A stretch of DNA of 64,000 nucleotides, taken from a virus. Its lineage: Duplodnaviria; Caudoviricetes. The stretch covers positions 31,513 through 95,512 of IMG/VR virus record IMGVR_UViG_3300020049_002596; one strand, 5' to 3'. How positions within the stretch are numbered: the first letter of the stretch is position 1; each line of letters starts with the position of its first letter. Of this stretch, positions 57,699-64,000 are shown piece by piece. Below the pieces are notes generated by a model that saw nothing but the letters and a program-made list of their open reading frames with translations, did not search any database and was not told where the DNA came from. The translations under genes and the position numbers were made by a program.

Positions 57699-58456
57699 TA
57701 TAGTTTGATTATATTCCAATTAATACCTACCCCTACAAATACTCCAGGAATGAAACCAGGGCCCACTCCATAAGCAACTACAGGTCCAATGCCAAACCTC
57801 TTAGGAGGTAAAGGCTTGTTACTATAAGCTCTAAGAGTACTCACTTTATTGAAAGGATTGTGAAGAGTAACTTCAGCAAAAGGTTTAGGTTTTCCTAAGC
57901 CTAAGAAACCTGTTTTTTCAGTTCCTATTACTACATCAATCTCTTCTTTAAATCTCATACCTATGGTAGTACTGTCTTTACTAGCTGATACTGTACCCCA
58001 AACCCAACCTTCAATATTAAAGTCAGATTTATAGTTAGCATAGACTGTATCATGAACTGTGGTAAAACCAGAAGTTTGGCTAGGAGCTACAATATTAATG
58101 TCAGCATTAGTATTAATCACAGTGGCACTACCACCTTTCTTAATCTTGCTTTCATATTGTTTTACAAGCTTTTGTAATTGAATTACAGTGCTATCTGCAG
58201 TATTCCAGTTAGTAAAGTACTGAGAATTCTCATTCTCTAGAAGAGTTATGTTGGCTTTTAAATTACCTTCTTTATCTCTCCAAGTTTTCATACTATCTTT
58301 CAAAGCTGTATTCATAATATCATTTGAGGCTAACTGTCTTTCAGCTTGACAGCCTCTCATTAAAAGGAAAATGATTACAATCACTCCTATTACCAGTAAG
58401 ACATTCTTGAACCTATTCCAAGTGTCTACTATCTCTTGTTTATCTAATTCAGTCAT
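57698..58456 (-). CDS. Membrane-anchored coiled-coil protein, candidate spanin
   Basis: N-terminal TM helix ending LMRGC, coiled coil, C-terminal amphipathic Gly-rich strands (RFGIGPVVAYG...VGVGINWNII). Confidence 0.45.
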   Translation of the reverse strand: MTELDKQEIVDTWNRFKNVLLVIGVIVIIFLLMRGCQAERQLASNDIMNTALKDSMKTWRDKEGNLKANITLLENENSQYFTNWNTADSTVIQLQKLVKQYESKIKKGGSATVINTNADINIVAPSQTSGFTTVHDTVYANYKSDFNIEGWVWGTVSASKDSTTIGMRFKEEIDVVIGTEKTGFLGLGKPKPFAEVTLHNPFNKVSTLRAYSNKPLPPKRFGIGPVVAYGVGPGFIPGVFVGVGINWNIIKL

Positions 58457-58470
58457 GATAAAAAGTATTA

Positions 58471-58505
58471 AAAATTGCGAGACTCTTTACAAATCTCGCA
58501 ATTTT
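58471..58505 (-). terminator. Inverted repeat / terminator downstream of the MazG-like gene
   Basis: AAAATTGCGAGA-N11-TCTCGCAATTTT perfect 12-bp inverted repeat. Confidence 0.65.
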
Positions 58506-58511
58506 GATTAA

Positions 58512-59093
58512 TTATTTCTTTTCTAGCTCAGCTCTTTCAGCTTCTAAATCTCTGTTTTGAGCAGCTTCTTCAGTAAACTTTTCAGGGTATCTTACTTTTA
58601 ACTTTTCAATGTTATTAGTAAGACATTGGAAGAAGTCCAAATCAAACCAAGAAGCAATATGATGTAACATAGCTAATTGGACAATTGGTGCACTAAACAT
58701 GTTGTTTGTAGGAGCACAATAAGGAACTAATATCAGAGTCAAAATAGCCTCTGCTTTAAGTTCTGCTGGCAAATCATTTTTAGTAAACATTCTTTCTTCA
58801 ACTAATTCTTTAGTCTCAGCAAGTACTTCATTGAAGTCATCATCTAAGATAAGTTCTTCAAATCTGCATTTGTTTACAATGTACCAAGCCATATCTGCAA
58901 GCTCTTCACCTAAATTCACCAAGTCCATTGGTTTCTTATAAGCTAAGAACTTTTTAAAAATGTCCATAGCTTCACCAATTTCAGTGATAACACCTAAGTT
59001 CATGTGTCTTTCATTTACACCTTCTCCTTTTAAATCTGGGCAGGTTCTAGCTGCTAGTCCTTGATATTCAAGAATGTCTTTAATTTTACTCAC
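58512..59093 (-). CDS. MazG-like nucleotide pyrophosphohydrolase
   Basis: LGVITEIGEAMDIFKK...EELADMAWY...NIEKLKVRYPEKF. Confidence 0.85.
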   Translation of the reverse strand: MSKIKDILEYQGLAARTCPDLKGEGVNERHMNLGVITEIGEAMDIFKKFLAYKKPMDLVNLGEELADMAWYIVNKCRFEELILDDDFNEVLAETKELVEERMFTKNDLPAELKAEAILTLILVPYCAPTNNMFSAPIVQLAMLHHIASWFDLDFFQCLTNNIEKLKVRYPEKFTEEAAQNRDLEAERAELEKK

Positions 59094-59385
59094 TTTTGTA
59101 AGGTTTAATAGTTACTATTTTTTCTCCAGGTTCAGCAACAGTGATTATTACATTACCTGTTACTCTAACCAACTTTTCTGTGGCTCTATCCATAAAATAA
59201 TAACCATCAGAGCTTTCTTCTGTTTTCACTTTTCCTGAACTAATCCAAGAGTGTGTTACAGAACCATCTGCATTTACCAATTCTATTTTAGAGTCTTCTC
59301 CAAGAGCTGCATATTGAGCCACTGTAGAATCTCTACAAGAAATTAAAGTTATCATTAAGATAACCAATAAGAATACTTTTTTCAT
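59086..59385 (-). CDS. Lipoprotein
   Basis: MKKVFLLVILMITLISC signal peptide II with lipobox Cys. Confidence 0.7.
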   Translation of the reverse strand: MKKVFLLVILMITLISCRDSTVAQYAALGEDSKIELVNADGSVTHSWISSGKVKTEESSDGYYFMDRATEKLVRVTGNVIITVAEPGEKIVTIKPYKSE

Positions 59386-59400
59386 TTTTACAAATTTAAG

Positions 59401-60477
59401 TTATTTATCTAATCTAAATCCTACACAAACAGGGAATCTTGGGATACCTCCATCAGTATATTCAAAGAATCTTATCTCAGCAGTCTGGCCAATGTACTCT
59501 CCTTTCATAGCTAACATCATTTTTCTTTCAAAATGACTAAACTTCATACCACAGTTGAAAGTTTGCTCAACTCCTTTAATAGTAATTTTACAAACTATCA
59601 CACCTTGATCAGGTCTACTTTCAGAAGGTACAATATCAACTACTGTAAAAGTAGCATCAATAAAGTCCTTATACTTTAACAATTGAGAGCTTCTCTTATT
59701 GACAGCATAGCTTTCATCAGAGTGTCTTATCATAGTTCCTTCATACCCTTGAGATACAAATTGAATATGATAATCTTTTATCTCTTGCTCAGAGTGAACT
59801 TTATAAGTATGAACTAACTCAATCTGAGAATCATTTAAACTTGATCTTAATTCTTCCAGAACAGCTTGTCTGGCACTGAAAGGAGCATCCATAACCACAT
59901 CATAGACATGGTACTTAACTTTTTCTGTCTCAGCTGCTCTGTATTTTTTGATAAGTTTCATGTTCTCTTGAAAAGAAACTCCATGAGCATAAAGCTCTCC
60001 ATCTAAGATGAGGTCCTCAAATTGTCCAAGATCTATATGTCCAAGAGTATCAATAAGTTTTCCTGTTCTAGACATAAAACCTTCTTCAGTAGCTAAAGCT
60101 CTCATACCATCTAATTTAGGCTGTACATAACAAGGAAATGTAACTTTCTTAAGTTCTTTCTTGTAATCTTTTGCCAACATAGGTAGTAAGAAATCTTTAC
60201 CTCCTTTTTCTTGGGCATCCACAATAGTATTAAAGTAACCTAATCTCATCTTTTCAGTAATCTTAGCTTGAGCTTCAATATAGGCTTGTGACTCAGGTGT
60301 AGTAGCATTGATTTTACCTACATTCTTTGCTTCACAAGCACTTCTGTTAATCACAGGGCTATTGGTTCCAACAACCCCTGATTCTTGTACTACAAATTTC
60401 CCTTCATTACTTATTTCTAAGTATCTGATTTTTCCTGAAGAGTCTTTTTTGTACATTCTTCTACAAATAGCTGACAT
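59401..60477 (-). CDS. ATP-dependent DNA ligase
   Basis: QPKLDGMRA (motif I), LDGELY, YHVYD, YEGTMIR, LLKYK, PRFP. Confidence 0.93.
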   Translation of the reverse strand: MSAICRRMYKKDSSGKIRYLEISNEGKFVVQESGVVGTNSPVINRSACEAKNVGKINATTPESQAYIEAQAKITEKMRLGYFNTIVDAQEKGGKDFLLPMLAKDYKKELKKVTFPCYVQPKLDGMRALATEEGFMSRTGKLIDTLGHIDLGQFEDLILDGELYAHGVSFQENMKLIKKYRAAETEKVKYHVYDVVMDAPFSARQAVLEELRSSLNDSQIELVHTYKVHSEQEIKDYHIQFVSQGYEGTMIRHSDESYAVNKRSSQLLKYKDFIDATFTVVDIVPSESRPDQGVIVCKITIKGVEQTFNCGMKFSHFERKMMLAMKGEYIGQTAEIRFFEYTDGGIPRFPVCVGFRLDK

Positions 60478-60479
60478 AC

Positions 60480-60788
60480 CTAGTCGTTTTCTGTAGCTAT
60501 AATGTCATCACAATACACAATAGTATGTGCTACAAGTTTAAGAACTTCCCCATTAGGAGCTTTCTCTACACTAATAGTCTTATGACCACTAAAGCTAACA
60601 TGCTCACTAAAGACAGGAATATCTCCTACTCTTACATAACCTTCTCCTGTTGGACATTCATTTCCTAACTGAAGAACTTTAAAGGTGATTATTAAATCAG
60701 ACCCTTTGTTCTTCTCTGTTAAGATAATTTTTGACTCTTTTTTAGTACTAGTTTGTTCTACAAGTACTCTGTTTCCAATGATTCTCAT
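60480..60788 (-). CDS. groES: GroES-like co-chaperonin
   Basis: MRIIGNRVLVE...KIILT...KVLQLG...VRVGD.PVF...DDIIA matches the Cpn10 pattern. Confidence 0.7.
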   Translation of the reverse strand: MRIIGNRVLVEQTSTKKESKIILTEKNKGSDLIITFKVLQLGNECPTGEGYVRVGDIPVFSEHVSFSGHKTISVEKAPNGEVLKLVAHTIVYCDDIIATEND

Positions 60789-60809
60789 CTTTTTAAATTT
60801 AATTGTTTA

Positions 60810-60817
60810 CAAATATA
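60810..60817 (-). promoter_or_regulatory. TAnnTTTG -7 element upstream of the groES-like gene
   Basis: Minus-strand TATATTTG in the intergenic gap. Confidence 0.5.
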
Positions 60818-60833
60818 AATAAAAATATTTAGT

Positions 60834-61679
60834 TTAAAAAATGTATCTGATACTTTCAATAGGAAAGTATTTTACATATAAAGCTACAAAGTCATTTATC
60901 CTTTGTTGCTTGAAGTGTCTTTCATACCTGATATTGTCAGCAGCATACTCAGAATCTTTAGACTCTTGAATTGTAGGTTGCCATAGGTAATAGTTCACTT
61001 CAGCACTGTTTCTTTCAGCTTGAAGTTTATTGTAAGTTACAAATATACATTCTGCTTTAAAGTCAATCCCTTGAAGTTGTTTGAATAATTCTTCATAGTC
61101 TTCTAACCAAGTAGGGTAATAGACTATAGGACTGAAATTTATATGCACTTCCATCTTCTTTTGAAGTACAGGTATCATAGCAATCCTATCTGATATGGTA
61201 TCAGTATTAGGTTCTAAGATACTTGAGATCTTTTGAGGCATAAGACTAATTCTTATCCTATGTTTACCAGGAGCCAAGTTGTACTCATCTACCTTAAATC
61301 TAGTGGGGTATTTAGTGGCAAAAGTTGTTTTTACTTTGTATTGAGTGTTGAAAAAATCAAAGACTTGTTGCCAGTTATAGTGTTTACTGTGTAAAGCTAC
61401 ATCAGTACTACAACCTATATCAACACAATAGTAAGTGTCATCTACTTGATTGGGCTCTTTGGGCCAAGGCTTACTGTCAACCCAATCATAAATAGATGAT
61501 AAAATTTGCTCTGTATTTTCATTAATATAAACTTTATCATGATTATATCTACCCACATAGCAATAAGACTTCATACACCCTCCAAGACAGCCATAGATAA
61601 AGTTAGGAGCAATAGCATCACTGCTCCTACTATTATCTCTAGTCTTAAGAGTTTTAGTCTTTTGTTTCTTGATTTCCAT
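60834..61679 (-). CDS. Spore photoproduct lyase-like radical SAM protein
   Basis: RSSDAIAP...GCLGGCMKSYCY, DIGCSTD, FATK, RIRISLMP, EVHINFSPIV, C-terminal IRYIF. Confidence 0.8.
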   Translation of the reverse strand: MEIKKQKTKTLKTRDNSRSSDAIAPNFIYGCLGGCMKSYCYVGRYNHDKVYINENTEQILSSIYDWVDSKPWPKEPNQVDDTYYCVDIGCSTDVALHSKHYNWQQVFDFFNTQYKVKTTFATKYPTRFKVDEYNLAPGKHRIRISLMPQKISSILEPNTDTISDRIAMIPVLQKKMEVHINFSPIVYYPTWLEDYEELFKQLQGIDFKAECIFVTYNKLQAERNSAEVNYYLWQPTIQESKDSEYAADNIRYERHFKQQRINDFVALYVKYFPIESIRYIF

Positions 61680-61882
61680 TATAACAATTTCTTTTGCTTA
61701 GGTGTCAAGTTTAACTCTCTGCTTCTTTCATCCCATTTATACAAGATTTCTTGTATTTTATGTTTGATAAAAGCAATTTCATCTTCTTCATCTAAGGTCA
61801 AGCCATTTCTAGGAAAAGTGACTCCCATTAGTCTATATTTAGACCAATTTCTTACTTTGGCTAATCTAGCTAACTCACTCAT
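61679..61882 (-). CDS. Hypothetical protein
   Basis: Overlapping, tightly packed small ORF. Confidence 0.5.
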   Translation of the reverse strand: MSELARLAKVRNWSKYRLMGVTFPRNGLTLDEEDEIAFIKHKIQEILYKWDERSRELNLTPKQKKLL

Positions 61883-62069
61883 CTATTCCTACTAATTGAC
61901 AAATACTTGATTTACAAAGCTCTATTTCATGGGTTTGAGAACCTCCTTCTTCTATCTCATCTTGACATAGAGAAATAAAGTCCCAAATTTCCCACTTGTG
62001 CTTAGGATGGTCTTTAGCAATTCCTTTAGCCCATTGAACTAATTGGTCTATGCTAGTCATCAGTTTCAT
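61875..62069 (-). CDS. Hypothetical protein
   Basis: Overlapping, tightly packed small ORF. Confidence 0.5.
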   Translation of the reverse strand: MKLMTSIDQLVQWAKGIAKDHPKHKWEIWDFISLCQDEIEEGGSQTHEIELCKSSICQLVGIDE

Positions 62070-62289
62070 CAGGAGTTACAACATTGAACATACCTGTGAT
62101 TTCAATGTCAGCATTTTCAAATCTGTAAAACTCTCCAAAGTCAGTATCATCTAGACCTCTATCAATAGCTGCTCTATCTCTACTAGTTAACTCATGCCCA
62201 GGGATTTGTTTTCTAGTTTTAAGATTCTTGTCATACTCATTGAAAAAAACTTCAACAGTAAGGTTACTAATTTTAATTCTTTGTGTCAT
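62053..62289 (-). CDS. Hypothetical protein
   Basis: Tightly packed small ORF. Confidence 0.5.
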   Translation of the reverse strand: MTQRIKISNLTVEVFFNEYDKNLKTRKQIPGHELTSRDRAAIDRGLDDTDFGEFYRFENADIEITGMFNVVTPDETDD

Positions 62290-62290
62290 T

Positions 62291-62908
62291 TTAAATGCTT
62301 TTTGGAGGAAATAAATCAGTGATATGAATCTCTAATGCTTCTGCAAGATCTTCTAAAGTAGAAAGAATAGGGTTTGTATGCCCACTTTCAATTTGTCCTA
62401 TATTAGAACCTGAAACTTTACTTTTAGTTAAGTTTCCTAGTTGAATTTGAGTCAATCCTTTTTCTTTTCTATGTTGATAAACCATAAGACCTATGTATTG
62501 TTTTAAAGTAACCTCTTTTTCTTCATAAGTAGTTACTACAACAGGAGTCTTAATTACAAAAGTACCATTTGCTTTTCTTACAACAGTAGTTTCTTCTATC
62601 TTGTCAGACTCAACTACAACAGGTTCAGCATTTTCCTTAATAGGAGTTCCTTTCCAAGTGTAATAAAACAAATAGTAGGTATTACCTGGTTTGAACTGAT
62701 CAGGATGAGGTCCAGTCATAGGCACTGAAGCTGTTAAATCACTCACACTTAAGATACACTCTTCTCCTGGATAATCTGTACAAGTTACTCTAATAGGGCA
62801 ATTATGTACTTTTACTGCAGTTTCTACAAGTGTATTAGACAAAGCTACTCTTCCATCTCTGGCAACTGTGCAATGTTTTTCTAAAATTTTTATTTTATGT
62901 ATATTCAT
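62291..62908 (-). CDS. Protein with C-terminal XRE/Cro-type HTH domain
   Basis: RKEKGLTQIQLG...SNIGQIESGHTNPILSTLEDLAEALEI. Confidence 0.8.
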   Translation of the reverse strand: MNIHKIKILEKHCTVARDGRVALSNTLVETAVKVHNCPIRVTCTDYPGEECILSVSDLTASVPMTGPHPDQFKPGNTYYLFYYTWKGTPIKENAEPVVVESDKIEETTVVRKANGTFVIKTPVVVTTYEEKEVTLKQYIGLMVYQHRKEKGLTQIQLGNLTKSKVSGSNIGQIESGHTNPILSTLEDLAEALEIHITDLFPPKSI

Positions 62909-62909
62909 A

Positions 62910-63263
62910 CTACTTTACTCTACTGTTATTAATTTTTTCTTTCATGCTTGCTTCACATAAAATTAAATAGTTGATCAAGTCTCCTATTTTTTCATCTACA
63001 TACTCAAAAGTAGGTAATTTACCCTGTTCTATATCATTAAGTATATCTAAGAAAGACACATAATGCTTAGTAGCAAATCCCCAAAGGGCTTTCTCTTCTG
63101 TAGTATTACCAACTTTAGCAGCTACTCTAAAATTATGTAATGGGTCATTGTTTCTTCTATACTCTTTAGCCTTAACTGAAAGAGTTCTTTTAATCATAAC
63201 AGTTCTGTCATGAACAATAGAGTCAAACTCTTCTTCTGTAATCAAATGTTTAGTATTTTCCAT
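62910..63263 (-). CDS. All-alpha NTP-pyrophosphohydrolase-like protein (DUF1599/nucleotide-modification-associated type)
   Basis: KAKEY...DPLHNF...KH...EKIGDLINYLIL. Confidence 0.55.
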   Translation of the reverse strand: MENTKHLITEEEFDSIVHDRTVMIKRTLSVKAKEYRRNNDPLHNFRVAAKVGNTTEEKALWGFATKHYVSFLDILNDIEQGKLPTFEYVDEKIGDLINYLILCEASMKEKINNSRVK

Positions 63264-63534
63264 ACCACCAAATTTTTAATTTAACAATTAGTTTTTGAAA
63301 CCAGTTGAACTTAGCAACTGTGTTTCCATAGATTTCTTGGTAAAGAGTCTTTTTACCTGGAGGAGTATACTGCACACACTCAGATGCTTTAACCCATTTC
63401 TCATAAGCTTGATTTCTATGAGTAAGGTTAGTCCAAGACAAGAGAAGGTAAAGGTTTCTACCTCTTCTTTCTGCAGATACTATTCTAGCAGGTTTATAAT
63501 TTCTATACAAAACAAAATCTTTTTGCTCAGGCAA
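63250..63534 (-). CDS. Hypothetical protein
   Basis: Packed ORF with TTG start. Confidence 0.45.
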   Translation of the reverse strand: MPEQKDFVLYRNYKPARIVSAERRGRNLYLLLSWTNLTHRNQAYEKWVKASECVQYTPPGKKTLYQEIYGNTVAKFNWFQKLIVKLKIWWYGKY

Positions 63535-63545
63535 ACTTCTTTTTT

Positions 63546-63767
63546 TTAAAATTCCACATACTCTACATTTTCATATTGTAATTGAGTTATCAGTATACTA
63601 TCTTCTAAAGATAGAATAGGACTTTCTTGTAGAATTGAATCTAGAAAATAAGACCTTTCTTCATCTTCAGGATTTACCATAGAAGGATTAATGTTATTTT
63701 TAATCCAAGACTTAAAACCAGGACTAAAGTCTGGTTGATAAGCAGTTATAATTAATTTATGTGCCAT
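63546..63767 (-). CDS. Hypothetical protein
   Basis: ATG-started ORF in a packed block. Confidence 0.5.
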   Translation of the reverse strand: MAHKLIITAYQPDFSPGFKSWIKNNINPSMVNPEDEERSYFLDSILQESPILSLEDSILITQLQYENVEYVEF

Positions 63768-63781
63768 AGCTATAGTATTAA

Positions 63782-63807
63782 GAAAAACTAGGGGAGATTA
63801 ACTCCCC
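63782..63807 (-). terminator. Putative intrinsic terminator (minus strand)
   Basis: Minus strand GGGGAG-ttaat-CTCCCC-tagTTTTTCT overlapping the stop of 63798..63980. Confidence 0.55.
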
Positions 63808-63980
63808 ATAGGTTTCCATGTATTAAAAAACTCTTCCTCTTCATTAGGAGGAAGATCATACTCCCAAGACCCTATTAAAAAGTCTTGTTCTTCTAATTGA
63901 GTATCAAAAGTTGCTTTTACTAAAGAGATAAATCTGTGCTTAGCATGGGAGGTTTTAACCAACACTTGCCTTGTCTCCAT
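63798..63980 (-). CDS. Hypothetical protein
   Basis: 60-aa ATG-started ORF. Confidence 0.5.
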   Translation of the reverse strand: METRQVLVKTSHAKHRFISLVKATFDTQLEEQDFLIGSWEYDLPPNEEEEFFNTWKPMGS

Positions 63981-64000
63981 TTTACTTTCTTCTGCAAAAT

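Larger units (their letters stand above)
1..64000. mobile_element. Segment of a crAss-like bacteriophage genome (Crassvirales-type), probable Bacteroidota host
   Basis: Gene order TerL-portal-scaffold-MCP-ring/auxiliary capsid, then IHF-like, tail tube, muzzle and giant cargo proteins including a virion RNAP, matches the crAss-like architecture; no host housekeeping genes or integrase seen. Confidence 0.93.

Noticed and set aside
1-64000. Stop-codon reassignment (TAG or TGA), known in some crAss-like phages
   Set aside because: Genes are full length under the standard code, and TAG ends genes cleanly (e.g. 12166, 17303, 23248) with the next gene starting shortly after
1-64000. tRNA or rRNA genes
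   Set aside because: Intergenic gaps are short and AT-rich; no cloverleaf or T-loop signature noticed

Overview
This window is a 64 kb segment of an AT-rich, strongly CpG-depleted crAss-like phage genome (Crassvirales-type podovirus) read in the standard genetic code. TAnnTTTG promoter elements and A-rich, SD-less gene starts point to a Bacteroidota host, possibly an environmental Flavobacteriia. The plus strand (1-57.3 kb) carries the virion and lysis genes: HU/IHF-like proteins, a GH108 endolysin, a Dps/ferritin-like gene, large terminase, portal, putative scaffold, major capsid, ring and auxiliary capsid proteins, tail fibres (one with an S74 chaperone), holin, PD-(D/E)xK nuclease, tail tube and muzzle proteins, ejected cargo proteins including a 4387-aa virion RNA polymerase (DYDID motif), and a DEDD-type exonuclease. 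A bidirectional terminator at about 57.35 kb separates these from a minus-strand block: a candidate spanin, MazG-like pyrophosphatase, lipoprotein, ATP-dependent DNA ligase, GroES-like protein, a spore-photoproduct-lyase-like radical SAM enzyme, an XRE regulator and small hypothetical genes. The most interesting element is a four-gene cassette at 14.2-17.3 kb inside the structural module. It encodes two proteins with mucin-like Thr/Ser/Pro tracts, a small nucleotidyltransferase, and a GT-A glycosyltransferase resembling plant/algal peptidyl-Ser/Hyp O-glycosyltransferases (GT96/GT95). I infer a candidate phage-encoded protein O-glycosylation system that builds a mucin-like coat on the virion. 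All family assignments come from motif recognition by eye; no database search was run.
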